Below, one piece after another: positions 1 to 9,906 of a stretch of DNA of 64,000 nt. Source of the DNA: Candidatus Altimarinota bacterium (GTDB lineage: Bacteria > Patescibacteriota > Gracilibacteria > 1-14-2-50-48-13). The notes under the pieces are model-generated. The model made no database searches and had not been told where the DNA came from. It was given only the letters and a program-made list of their open reading frames with translations. Location: positions 928,001-992,000 of the forward strand of contig JBKBWQ010000001.1 in NCBI GenBank assembly GCA_046314355.1. Reading direction: 5' to 3'. Position 1 is the first letter of the stretch, and the number at the start of each line of letters is the position of its first letter. A program made the translations under genes and the position numbers.

Positions 1-198
1 AATCTTTTAGGCAGTAAATCAACTACATCTTCAGTAACTCATTCTTCAGCAAAACCTCAGATCACATGTAAGGTGCCAGGATCAGTAAAAAGCTGCGCAC
101 CACTTACTCAAAATGGAAAAACTTGTAAAGCATATCAGGAATGCGGGACTGATCTTATACTTAGCGGCTGTAAGGTAAGTCCCGTGACATGTCAGTAG
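1..198 (+). CDS. 3' end of a gene entering the window; Ser/Thr-rich linker followed by a six-Cys C-terminal module
   Basis: Frame 1 is open from base 1 to TAG at 196-198 (NLLGSKSTTSS...CKVPGSVKSC...TCKAYQECG...GCKVSPVTCQ*). Not in the ORF track because no start codon is in the window. Confidence 0.6.
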   Translation, partial: NLLGSKSTTSSVTHSSAKPQITCKVPGSVKSCAPLTQNGKTCKAYQECGTDLILSGCKVSPVTCQ

Positions 199-3100
199 TC
201 TTTCACCTCCACAGCACTTCCCGTCTCATACACTACTCCAGTATCCATATCCTGAAATCTCAGAGGATATCTTCCCTTCTCAGCATTCTTTAGATCAAAG
301 ATACATCTAGCTTCAGCTACAGACACACCGCAAAGGCTACTTTGAATACTGGATCCAAGACTTGCTTTCATGGACTTTGGAAAATTTGTTCCAGAGATCA
401 TTAATGTATTTGCAGCAGCTGTAAGTACTGTCGGAGTGACCTTTGTAATCACAGGCTGTACAAAATTCAGTCTCTTTTTAATCTCAAAAGCATTTAAAAG
501 CGTAGTGTGCTTTCCTTCAGTATTTTCAACATCAATAGTATATAAGCCTTCTTTAAAATCACGAGGAATTACAAAGTATGCTTCTAGTTCATCTGCATTT
601 ATTATCTTGATACTTGATGAACTAAGAGTTCCTATCTTTACTTTCCTTATCGTATTCATTCCTTTTCCAAGAATTTTCACAGCAACAGTATCACCCTGAG
701 AAGCAAAGGAAGGAGCAAATCGCGAAATTACAACATTTCTCTGAAGTAGAGATCCAGTATTTATAACCATTGGCAGTGGATCAGATGCTATTTCTACACC
801 ATTCATATCCACAAGGTGAACAATATACGTCCCATTATCTGGAAGAAGAATACTTGAAGAAATATTGTTTCCAGAAATTGTAGTAGAGAAAAGAGCACTA
901 AAACTATCTGAGGAAATCTCCAGCTGGTAATTCCCAGACAATGTACCTCCCGAATATATATAATTTACAGTACTTATATTCCTTGCAGCTGGAAGCTTCC
1001 CTGTTCTGCTTATCGATGGTAGCGTCGCAGGATCAGCAATTCTGATTGTCCCTATTTCAAAGCTTCTTTCAGCTGTCCTGATTTCAACAATGTATTCTCC
1101 TAGTGCTGATATTACTGGGGACTTAACCGTGAGCGCAGTAATGTCAGCATTTAGATTTCTTCTAGTTTGGAAAATCTCAAGAGCGATAAGGATTTTTTCT
1201 TTTTTGAGATAGATCTTTGAGTTTTCAGGAATATTTTCTCCTGTAACCGTAATAAATCCACTTACTCCAGCAGGCAGCACAGAGCGTGAAAAATGTATGT
1301 TCTCAGGAGCGGTAATACTCTTTACCTCAATAGTACCAGGTATTTTCAGAAATGCTCCTTGTGAAAGATCTTCTAAGGTAGCGTTCATCATTCCAGCGGC
1401 AGAGAAAGTCACAGGAATATGCATCTCATTTGGACTGATGATTTCTATTCCGTCTCTAAAAATGTCATCTCCTACATGAAGAGCATACTCATGATACGGA
1501 CTAAATCCTGTGCCGTGGACTGTGAGAATAGTTTTTTTATTCTGCGTGAGAAGCATAGGACTTACATCTTTGACCGTTAGATTATCTATCCGCTGAATAT
1601 CTACACTAAAGAGGTCAGGCAAAGAATAGTATCCGGCGACATTGTCACCTATCTGCACTTCATAGATTCCTTCAGAAAAATACAGAGGAAGAGTAAATTC
1701 AAAGGATTTTATATCTTTTCTTAAGAGAGAGATCTCGTAAGGATCAGATACAGCAGTTCTAGAGATGAACCTTATCTTGGGACTCTCTTTAAAGTCTGGA
1801 AGATCTGAGTACTGTACGGTGAATATTCTTTGCTCATTTACAGTACGGTTTAATACGACTGCAGCTGTACCTTGCCCGCTTGCCTTCACCACTTTATTGA
1901 GAACTACAGGCAAAGCAATATTTGCATGAGCATTATTATTTCTATAAATATTGTATCCCGCGTATGGCTGAATACTTTTTATATTCGTAAGTCCTGTAAA
2001 TATTTTTGTACCTACTCCCGAAGAAGATTGGAAGATAACCGCAGGAGTACATCCTTCCGGAGCATCAATACATAGAGGAATATCCCTGTTTTCTATATCC
2101 TTCGCCTTTGGAAGACTTCCAAGAACAGTGGCACTTGTACTCCCGGAACTTATCATTAATGCCTGATCTTCATTTCTTACAAGTACCGATAAGCTCTTTT
2201 TAGAATCCATCAGACCGAGCATTGGTCCAAATGATGTATGACCAGTGGTATTAGATACCTGTGCAATAAATTTACCACTAGTTTCCAAGAACATGATCTT
2301 ACTCTGAATCTGCAAAGGACTGAATCCATTAATAGCAATAGCAAGCATACGTTCATCCAAAATTCTGAGCGCTCCACCCGCAGGGACAAGTCCGCTGAAT
2401 TCCTGATCTCCCTGTGCATATACAGTTCCAGCAGCATTCAAAAGATAGAGACCAATTTTTGGACTTTTATCCTCTCCTTGATACTGCGTTAGTACTAAGA
2501 TTTCAAGCTTACCATCTTTATTAAGATCACTCATTTGTAATTCCATTACCTTACCTCTTACCTGTCTTGGCCAGCCTGATATGGATTTTCCCTGCAGTGA
2601 GAACCCATAGATTATCCCGAGATCATCACCAAAGAATATTTCCTGACTCCCATCTCCATTAGTATCTCCGATCGCAGCACTACGGAGACCGTTATATGTA
2701 CTCGTATATGGCCATCCTGTAAGAAAGACACCTTGTGAATCAAACATTCCGATATTACCTCCAATATTTTTTGAAATCAGGAAAAACTCTGCATTTCCAT
2801 CATTATCCCTATCAAGCGCACTGAGGTAGCCACCACCTTTATTTACTTCTTTTCCATCTAAAGGCGATATAGTATTTCCATTTATGTCCCAAGCATGTAT
2901 TTTTCCCTGTTCATCTAAAAGCACAAATGCTGGTACCTTTTGTCCCTGAGTATTTTTTATAGATACAAAAAGCGGTGCCTGAGAAATATAATTTGTAATT
3001 TTTTTCGGCCATCCAGGAAGTTTTTCTCCCTTCGCATTCAGGAGATATACTTCAGAGTGATTCGCAAATACCATAATCTTTTCTTTTTGTATTCCATACT

Positions 3101-5906
3101 CAATAATATAGCCATTTTCTGGAACATTCTTACAAGAGAAGTTTACACTGCAGGATTTACTCCCATCCGAAAAAGTAAAAGCAGAATTCGTACCGCTGAC
3201 TTTTCGTTTTATTTCCTTCTTCATCAGTAAGCCTGAAGTAGTAGTAAAGTTAAGATGAAAAGTCACTGTATCCCCTATTTTTACTTTATTGCTCGCATCA
3301 AAATGTATTACAAATCCTTGAGTAGAGATTACAGTAGAAATGCCGTCATTTTTTTCTTCACTGCCCGTACTCCATGTGACATCTATCTTTGAGATAGGTA
3401 AAGCCGATGTGCCGCTCAGCATAGTTACCCCCGAAGAGGTCATGGCTGTATCGTTTTCTCTTAGAGCAATGTTTTCTATAGTATATGAAGCCTCACTCTT
3501 TAATATTGCTCCATCAGTCAGTGAAGCCTCAAGAGAAAGTTTTACAGGACCATCAAGTACTTTCTTTGTGTCAAATGAAGTAAGCTTCAATGTAGGTGAG
3601 ACAGCCTTCCCTTCTGCGAGTACAGAAGTCATCCCGCCCGCTGTAAGAAATAACCGCCATGAAGATACAGTACGTTCTGTTGCAAATGCAGCAGTGATAT
3701 CCTGTACACCCGAGAGTGTACTTTCTTTTTCAGGACTAACTAAACTTACAAACCCGCTCTGTTCAAGAATACCTGGAGCTATCTCAAGTGCCTTCCTTGC
3801 ATCAAGTCTTCCTGTACCGGTTTGAATATCAAATCCAGGTGTATCAATATCCTGAGCTGAGAGTCTTAGTATACTTCGTACAGTCTCGGGCTGAAGCGAA
3901 GGATACTTTGATAGGAGAAGTGATACCGTTCCTGTGACGTATCCTGCAGCCATCGATGTTCCTTGTAGGACCGCGTATTTTTTTCCCTCGAGGGTTGGAG
4001 TATATGGTGTAGACAAAAACACCTGAGACTGCATATTCCCAAGCTTTCCTAGATACCCGTCTGGGGCAAATGTAGACAAAATATCTGCACCTGGAGCGCT
4101 AATATCTATCTTCTTTCCAAAATTTGAAAAGATCTCAGCGGGAGTATCGTACGGCTCCGTCGCAGCAACCGCCATTGTATATGGATAATTCGCTGGCGAT
4201 ACATCTGTAATGTCTATAGCCTGATTTCCTGCTGCACTGATGATACTGACTCCTTTTTGATATGCGTAGAGTAGCATTTGCTCATCGTAGGACATTTTGC
4301 CTGAAGCAGACTTTGTACTTTCTCCAGCAAGACTTAAGTTTATTATTTTTGCACCGCTATCCGCTGCATACTTTATAGCTTTTGCTGTAGTAAGTGAATT
4401 TCCTGCCCCCTCTTCATCAAATACTTTCAGGATCATTAATTTAGACTTCGTATTTACACCTGCTATCCCCACAGCATTATCGCTTTCCGCACCAATGATT
4501 CCTGCAATATGTGTACCATGACCGTTTTCATCCTGAATATTATTATTGTTATCAATAAAGTTCCATCCGTCCACATCATCAATAAATCCGTTCTGATCAT
4601 CATCAATACCGTTATTTGGTATATCTTTTGTATTATGCCATATTCTGTTTTTAAGTTCAGGATGATTCTTTTCTATACCCGTATCAATAATGGCAACAAT
4701 TAGTTCCGGAGATCCAGTGGTGTTTTCCCATGCGGCAGGTGCATTGATTTTTTTCAGTCCCCACTGATCATCATATCCATTATAGCTCCACCATGTCCCC
4801 TTCGAATGGATATAGGGATCATTTGTAAGAACAAGAGGAGTCTGATTGGTATTTACAGAGGCATTTAAGACACTTGGAAGATTCAGGAGTTCAAATACAA
4901 ACGCACTTGTATCTGTACCGGCTGCAGCATGAATTTCAAACATTGTTCCAGAACCAAATCCTGAATTCTGAATAGAAGTTAGGCTTCGCACCTGATATTT
5001 TTGAAAAATCGTCAGCAGACTAGGATCCATTTTCTGTTTAAGATCTTCAAAGGATACTGTTTTTTTGATTGAAAAAGCAGCTGTTGAGATATTTCCTGAA
5101 GCAAGCTCAACAACGACTTTTTCTTCTACTGCAGGACCTTGTATCAGCGATGCACCTCCTAGAGTAAAAAGTGTATACGCGTCAGCAATAGGTCTAGATA
5201 CTGCAGATAGACTTGAAGGCAGCTGTCCGCTTCTTTGAGTAATCTTTACAGGCAGAAGTGCAAACTCTGTATTTGCAAACTGCAGCTGATATATAAGATA
5301 AGCTGCCTCTGCACGTGTAAGCGCCTGTCCTGGTAATGATTCTCTAGATGATGTAAGCAGCTGATCTATGATATGATATTTCATTGCAGCATTTATATAT
5401 GGACCATACCAGCTTTTTTCATCAGCATCTTTCACCTGCAGTGATCCTGTTGAATCAAAAGAGTATGCATCCATATCAAGCTTAAGACGAAGCAGCATCT
5501 TTAATGCCTCTGCTCTATTTACACTTGCTTCTGGTCTAAATTTTCCATCATCATATCCTCTCGCAATATTACTTACGACAGCGGTCTCCACATAAGGAGC
5601 ATACCAGGCATTTTTATCGGTATCAGGGAACGGAATACTTTTTCCATCTCCGAGTTTTAGATTAGTCGCCGCAACAAGCAGCTTTAGAAATTCAGCACGG
5701 TTCACCTCCTTATTAGGCTGAAATGTACCATCAGCATACCCTTTTATAATACCCTTGTCAGAAAGAGTATTGATATAATTTACTCCCCAGAAGTTGGAAG
5801 CCACATCCTTGTATGCCGCGAGACTCTGAAAAGTAGTAGGAAAACTTATACAGAAAAGAAGAGAAATAACAGCAATCGAAGCAACTTTAGGAAGGCGGAG
5901 GTTCAT
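192..5906 (-). CDS. Secreted SLH-anchored S8 (subtilisin-like) serine protease with FG-GAP-like repeats and C-terminal IPT/TIG-like domains
   Basis: Signal peptide and three SLH motifs (GYADGTFQPNKEVNRAEF). Catalytic motifs IIDTG, HGTHIAG, AAGN and GTSMAA. Repeats of the DxNxDGxxE type (GDTNGDGSQEI, DLNKDGKLEI). PVITKVTP...ISGTNF is IPT-like. Confidence 0.92.
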   Translation of the reverse strand: MNLRLPKVASIAVISLLFCISFPTTFQSLAAYKDVASNFWGVNYINTLSDKGIIKGYADGTFQPNKEVNRAEFLKLLVAATNLKLGDGKSIPFPDTDKNAWYAPYVETAVVSNIARGYDDGKFRPEASVNRAEALKMLLRLKLDMDAYSFDSTGSLQVKDADEKSWYGPYINAAMKYHIIDQLLTSSRESLPGQALTRAEAAYLIYQLQFANTEFALLPVKITQRSGQLPSSLSAVSRPIADAYTLFTLGGASLIQGPAVEEKVVVELASGNISTAAFSIKKTVSFEDLKQKMDPSLLTIFQKYQVRSLTSIQNSGFGSGTMFEIHAAAGTDTSAFVFELLNLPSVLNASVNTNQTPLVLTNDPYIHSKGTWWSYNGYDDQWGLKKINAPAAWENTTGSPELIVAIIDTGIEKNHPELKNRIWHNTKDIPNNGIDDDQNGFIDDVDGWNFIDNNNNIQDENGHGTHIAGIIGAESDNAVGIAGVNTKSKLMILKVFDEEGAGNSLTTAKAIKYAADSGAKIINLSLAGESTKSASGKMSYDEQMLLYAYQKGVSIISAAGNQAIDITDVSPANYPYTMAVAATEPYDTPAEIFSNFGKKIDISAPGADILSTFAPDGYLGKLGNMQSQVFLSTPYTPTLEGKKYAVLQGTSMAAGYVTGTVSLLLSKYPSLQPETVRSILRLSAQDIDTPGFDIQTGTGRLDARKALEIAPGILEQSGFVSLVSPEKESTLSGVQDITAAFATERTVSSWRLFLTAGGMTSVLAEGKAVSPTLKLTSFDTKKVLDGPVKLSLEASLTDGAILKSEASYTIENIALRENDTAMTSSGVTMLSGTSALPISKIDVTWSTGSEEKNDGISTVISTQGFVIHFDASNKVKIGDTVTFHLNFTTTSGLLMKKEIKRKVSGTNSAFTFSDGSKSCSVNFSCKNVPENGYIIEYGIQKEKIMVFANHSEVYLLNAKGEKLPGWPKKITNYISQAPLFVSIKNTQGQKVPAFVLLDEQGKIHAWDINGNTISPLDGKEVNKGGGYLSALDRDNDGNAEFFLISKNIGGNIGMFDSQGVFLTGWPYTSTYNGLRSAAIGDTNGDGSQEIFFGDDLGIIYGFSLQGKSISGWPRQVRGKVMELQMSDLNKDGKLEILVLTQYQGEDKSPKIGLYLLNAAGTVYAQGDQEFSGLVPAGGALRILDERMLAIAINGFSPLQIQSKIMFLETSGKFIAQVSNTTGHTSFGPMLGLMDSKKSLSVLVRNEDQALMISSGSTSATVLGSLPKAKDIENRDIPLCIDAPEGCTPAVIFQSSSGVGTKIFTGLTNIKSIQPYAGYNIYRNNNAHANIALPVVLNKVVKASGQGTAAVVLNRTVNEQRIFTVQYSDLPDFKESPKIRFISRTAVSDPYEISLLRKDIKSFEFTLPLYFSEGIYEVQIGDNVAGYYSLPDLFSVDIQRIDNLTVKDVSPMLLTQNKKTILTVHGTGFSPYHEYALHVGDDIFRDGIEIISPNEMHIPVTFSAAGMMNATLEDLSQGAFLKIPGTIEVKSITAPENIHFSRSVLPAGVSGFITVTGENIPENSKIYLKKEKILIALEIFQTRRNLNADITALTVKSPVISALGEYIVEIRTAERSFEIGTIRIADPATLPSISRTGKLPAARNISTVNYIYSGGTLSGNYQLEISSDSFSALFSTTISGNNISSSILLPDNGTYIVHLVDMNGVEIASDPLPMVINTGSLLQRNVVISRFAPSFASQGDTVAVKILGKGMNTIRKVKIGTLSSSSIKIINADELEAYFVIPRDFKEGLYTIDVENTEGKHTTLLNAFEIKKRLNFVQPVITKVTPTVLTAAANTLMISGTNFPKSMKASLGSSIQSSLCGVSVAEARCIFDLKNAEKGRYPLRFQDMDTGVVYETGSAVEVKDY

Positions 5907-6058
5907 ACCAAAAAAGTAACAGTAAAATTACTAACAGTATGCTCTTAATCCTTAAAAAATACAGGAAATAAACATGACAGAAACAGGAAGAATGAGAGAG
6001 TGACATCTAGTAGCTTGATACAGCACAAATATGTACGCTAATTACATAACACGTCTCG

Positions 6059-6086
6059 TTGACATATAACTATACACATATATAAT
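6059..6086 (+). promoter_or_regulatory. Sigma70-type promoter for the XRE regulator gene
   Basis: TTGACA-N16-TATAAT, 27 nt upstream of the ATG at 6114. Confidence 0.65.
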
Positions 6087-6113
6087 ATCAAAAAATATTA
6101 ACTTTTTTACATT

Positions 6114-6596
6114 ATGCCGTTTAGCTATAGTTCTTTTGGAGGGAATGATTCCTATTCTCCACTTAATTTAGAAAAATTTCTTTTAAACGAAAGTAATGCA
6201 GTAGAAGATTTGAAAGATAAGGAGGTCAATGTTCAATCAATTGAAAATCTCGCCTTTAATGAAATTATAAAAGCAGTAAGAAAAGCTAAGAAAATAACGC
6301 AACATGATTTAGCAATACAAGTGGATGTACATCAAAGTTTCATTGCTCATATAGAACAAGGTAAAAATTTTCCTAGTGATGATCTTACAATATTACTTGC
6401 TCAAACCTTGAAGATTCCACAAGATATACTTTTAGAAAAAGTTGAATATCAACGAGAGATCTTTGATGCGACACAGCTTGTAAGAAAATTATTAAAGAAG
6501 AAACATATTGATATTGACACATTATTAAATACTATTAAAAAAGAAATTAGTGAAGAAAAAACCCAGCAAGTAAGTACTAAGATTACTTTTAAATAG
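6114..6596 (+). CDS. XRE/Cro-C1 family helix-turn-helix protein
   Basis: IKAVRKAKKITQHDLAIQVDVHQSFIAHIEQGKNFPS matches the HTH_3 pattern. Confidence 0.85.
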   Translation: MPFSYSSFGGNDSYSPLNLEKFLLNESNAVEDLKDKEVNVQSIENLAFNEIIKAVRKAKKITQHDLAIQVDVHQSFIAHIEQGKNFPSDDLTILLAQTLKIPQDILLEKVEYQREIFDATQLVRKLLKKKHIDIDTLLNTIKKEISEEKTQQVSTKITFK

Positions 6597-6640
6597 TCTG
6601 ATGTGCTTTTAAAGATTTTTCAGATATTTCTTTAGCAAAA

Positions 6641-6703
6641 TCATCACTACAACTAAAAAGAATATAGTTAATAATACTATATTCTTTTTAGTTGTAGTGA
6701 TGA
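6641..6703. repeat. Perfect 28-bp inverted repeat with a 7-nt loop between convergent genes; possible bidirectional terminator or REP-like element
   Basis: TCATCACTACAACTAAAAAGAATATAGT-taataat-ACTATATTCTTTTTAGTTGTAGTGATGA. Confidence 0.85.
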
Positions 6704-6710
6704 CTTCCGA

Positions 6711-8312
6711 TTAATTCTTCTTCATTACCACCAATGTCACGTCATCTGCCTGTGGATATCCAGCCATAAATTTGTATACATCCTCGAGGATTCCATCATA
6801 GATTTCCTTTGCAGTTGCCTTATGAATATGCTTTTTCATAGACTCTTCAAGACGGTCAAAGCCGTACATCTGTCTTTCACTATTCCATGCCTCAGGGATT
6901 CCGTCTGTATACTGCACGATTACGTCACCATTATCGATCATGATACTTTCCTTTTTCAATATTTTATCTACGTGATCTACCATACCTAAAGCAATTCCTT
7001 CTTTTTTCAGCATTTGCACCACGTCCGCATTTTTCTTAAATACATAGGTAGGTTCGTGTCCGCATGGTGTATAGGTAAGCATATTTGTTTTCGCATCCCA
7101 GATGGCTATAAACATAGTGATGAACATGTCTGGTCTAGTCTTGGCACGAAGTACTTTATTAAGCGCGATAGACACCTCTCTCGGGTCATTCGAGTCCATC
7201 GTAAAAGACAGTGAATACACAAGGCTGTTCGCAATAGCCGTAATTAGTCCCGCTGACACTCCATGACCTGTTACGTCTCCTATATAAAACAGAAGCTTAT
7301 CGTCTGAGAGTTTAATAAAGTCATAACAGTCACCTCCTACTGCATCCGCCGGGATAACTCCCGCATGGATATCAAGATTACCCATATTCGGAATCACTTT
7401 TGGAAGGAATTCATCCTGGATTTTACTCGCAAGCTCTATCTCTTTCGCAAGTCGCTCTTTCTGGACTAGCTGATCAGTAGCAGCCTTCAGCTCCAAAGAC
7501 ATTTTATTAAAAGACTTAGCAAGTGTACCTACCTCATCCTTTGAGTTAATACTGATTACCTGTCCAAAACGTCCCTTTGAAATATTCAGTGCACTGGCTG
7601 TCAGTTTCTTGATCGGCTGTACAATTCTCGATGCGAAGAGAAATGCAATTAGGATACCAAGAAGGATATACGCTACCGTAAGAAATATCGTAGAAAGAGT
7701 CGTGTCTGCAATACGCTGATTGAGCGTATCATATGAAATCTCATAGAAAAGAGAGGTCGAGTCATTTTTTGGGAGCGGATACACGAGATTTTCTATCTGC
7801 TGACCTTCGTTATATCCTTCATTAAGTACTTTTCCATTTGCATCCTGGAATTTCAGTCTGCCATCATCGGCCTGCTCTATATAGACTACTTGTCCTGTAG
7901 TGGTCTGAATAGATGGGAGATTTGCCTGAATACGGTCAAAGAGAAGTTTGTTTTCTTTTACATCACGAGCTGCAGGTTCATTATATTTTTGGGTTTTTTC
8001 CTGCTGAAAATCATATGTGATTGTACCATCATAGCTTATAATCTTCACATTCTTAATATCTGAATTTAACTCTAGAAGACTTTTTATTTCTCCAGGTACC
8101 TTTAGAAAGGAATTCGCTTCATTTACCTGATATCTTTCAAGCAGCGCACTAGATTCAATACGTGCAAAACTCAATGCTCCACGGAATGTATCCTGATTCA
8201 ACTCCTGATATTTCTGCTTCAATACGATCATTGTATTCGTCGTAAGAACGAGAATGATAATAAGCGAGATAAGCAGTGTAAATTTTGTACGAAGTGATGT
8301 TATCTGAAACAT
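6711..8312 (-). CDS. Membrane sensor PP2C/SpoIIE (RsbU-like) phosphatase with HAMP domain
   Basis: Two TM segments flank an extracellular domain. HAMP (PIKKL...DEVGTLAKSFNKM). SpoIIE motifs GGDCYD, IGDVTGHG, YTDGIPEA and DDVT. Confidence 0.92.
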   Translation of the reverse strand: MFQITSLRTKFTLLISLIIILVLTTNTMIVLKQKYQELNQDTFRGALSFARIESSALLERYQVNEANSFLKVPGEIKSLLELNSDIKNVKIISYDGTITYDFQQEKTQKYNEPAARDVKENKLLFDRIQANLPSIQTTTGQVVYIEQADDGRLKFQDANGKVLNEGYNEGQQIENLVYPLPKNDSTSLFYEISYDTLNQRIADTTLSTIFLTVAYILLGILIAFLFASRIVQPIKKLTASALNISKGRFGQVISINSKDEVGTLAKSFNKMSLELKAATDQLVQKERLAKEIELASKIQDEFLPKVIPNMGNLDIHAGVIPADAVGGDCYDFIKLSDDKLLFYIGDVTGHGVSAGLITAIANSLVYSLSFTMDSNDPREVSIALNKVLRAKTRPDMFITMFIAIWDAKTNMLTYTPCGHEPTYVFKKNADVVQMLKKEGIALGMVDHVDKILKKESIMIDNGDVIVQYTDGIPEAWNSERQMYGFDRLEESMKKHIHKATAKEIYDGILEDVYKFMAGYPQADDVTLVVMKKN

Positions 8313-8315
8313 GGT

Positions 8316-9872
8316 TTAGTAAACTTCATTAAACAATATAAGACCATCCAGGCGTGGTTCCCACTGAACAGTTTTTTTCTTTACGAATAAATGTTCCGTT
8401 TCGAAAAGAGGAACACCTATACTATCTCTCTGAAGAATTGTCTGAATATTCTGAAGGATACGAAGACGAATACCGTCATCGAGCTCCTGTTCTGCATCCT
8501 CGATCAGTTTATCTACTTCAAGATTTTTATAATTATTGGCATTGTACTGACCATACTGTCCTACTGTGGAGTGAATATGCGTCTTAAAGAACTCCAGTGA
8601 ATCACCAAAGTCGAAACGCCATCCAAGAATATAAGACTGCATTTCTTTTTTCTCCAGCTTTTTCATAAATTCATCCTCTTCAAGCTGAGTATGCTCTACA
8701 TTCACCCCAAGCGGCTCTAGCTGTACACGAAGGTACTCTGCGATAATCTTAAAGTCCTTCGTGGTAAAAAGTTTAATAGTAAAACGTCTATCCCCAAATT
8801 CTTCCTTTGCTTGTGCTAAAGAGAATATTTTCTTTGGAAGCTCTCTATTATAACCAAAGATACCGCTTGCTATGTATTGATTGACTGGATTTGCAAATCC
8901 TTCACCAAAGGATACGATATCATCCTGGTTAAGCGCAAGAGATACTGCTTTTCGTACTACAGGTTCAGAGAGTGGATTAAAAGCACCAGCTACTTTTGCA
9001 TCTAGATGAAACATAAGATACACAAGCTCCAAACTTGGAAGAGACAAAAGATCCAGTGTAGGAGACGTCTTAAGCTCAGCTATATTCTCTGTAGATGCAG
9101 GTACTGCAGCTAGAATATCAATATTCCCTTTAACCACTTCAGTAAAACGGTCAAATTTATCAGGAAGCGCACGCAGGGCAATTTGCTGATGTACAGGAAG
9201 TTCTCCCCAGTATTCATCAAACCTTTCAAGATTTGCAGCACCCTCTGAGGTCTGTCCCATCTGATAAGGTCCTGTTCCTGCATAATAGCCCGTTTCAGGA
9301 TTTTTCTTTTCAGAGGTCACTGAAAGAAAACTTAGTTTCGTAAGCAACAACGGATCAGGAAGCTTCGTTTTTATTCTTAGCGTATAGTCATCTACAATAT
9401 CCACAGAAACAATATTCTCGATGATACCAATAAGTTCAGGATCTCCCTTCTCTTTTGCACGCTGGAATGAACTCGTAATATTTTTTGTAGTCAGTTCCTC
9501 GCCATTATGAAACTTTACCTGCTTTCTCAGCTTAAACTCCCACGTATTTTCATTAATATTTCCCCATGAAAGTGCGAGAGCTGATTTTGGTCTATAGAGA
9601 CGATCAATCTGCGTCAGACCATCAAAGATATTTGCTGTAATCTGTCTTCTTTGTACATTTAGTGTATATGGGTCGATATCCTTTGGGATAACATCATACA
9701 CTACGAGCAATTTCTCCCGCCCAATGCTTGAGGAAAAAGGAAGATTGAAAATATCCAAAGAGACATTGAGAGAAATATTGAGGTACTTCATAATTGCAAT
9801 TGCACTAAAAGCAAGCATTATGGTAACTACACTTATGATAGCCAGTTTTTTTCTGATCTGTCTTACTTGCAT
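8316..9872 (-). CDS. Family 5 (OppA/DppA-like) solute-binding protein with an N-terminal membrane anchor
   Basis: IFDGLT, ALALSW, WEFKLRKQVKFHNGE, GTGPY and VRKAVSLAL motifs. Confidence 0.9.
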   Translation of the reverse strand: MQVRQIRKKLAIISVVTIMLAFSAIAIMKYLNISLNVSLDIFNLPFSSSIGREKLLVVYDVIPKDIDPYTLNVQRRQITANIFDGLTQIDRLYRPKSALALSWGNINENTWEFKLRKQVKFHNGEELTTKNITSSFQRAKEKGDPELIGIIENIVSVDIVDDYTLRIKTKLPDPLLLTKLSFLSVTSEKKNPETGYYAGTGPYQMGQTSEGAANLERFDEYWGELPVHQQIALRALPDKFDRFTEVVKGNIDILAAVPASTENIAELKTSPTLDLLSLPSLELVYLMFHLDAKVAGAFNPLSEPVVRKAVSLALNQDDIVSFGEGFANPVNQYIASGIFGYNRELPKKIFSLAQAKEEFGDRRFTIKLFTTKDFKIIAEYLRVQLEPLGVNVEHTQLEEDEFMKKLEKKEMQSYILGWRFDFGDSLEFFKTHIHSTVGQYGQYNANNYKNLEVDKLIEDAEQELDDGIRLRILQNIQTILQRDSIGVPLFETEHLFVKKKTVQWEPRLDGLILFNEVY

Positions 9873-9906
9873 GGCACGAATAGAAATAAATTAAAGGTAG
9901 GAAGAT

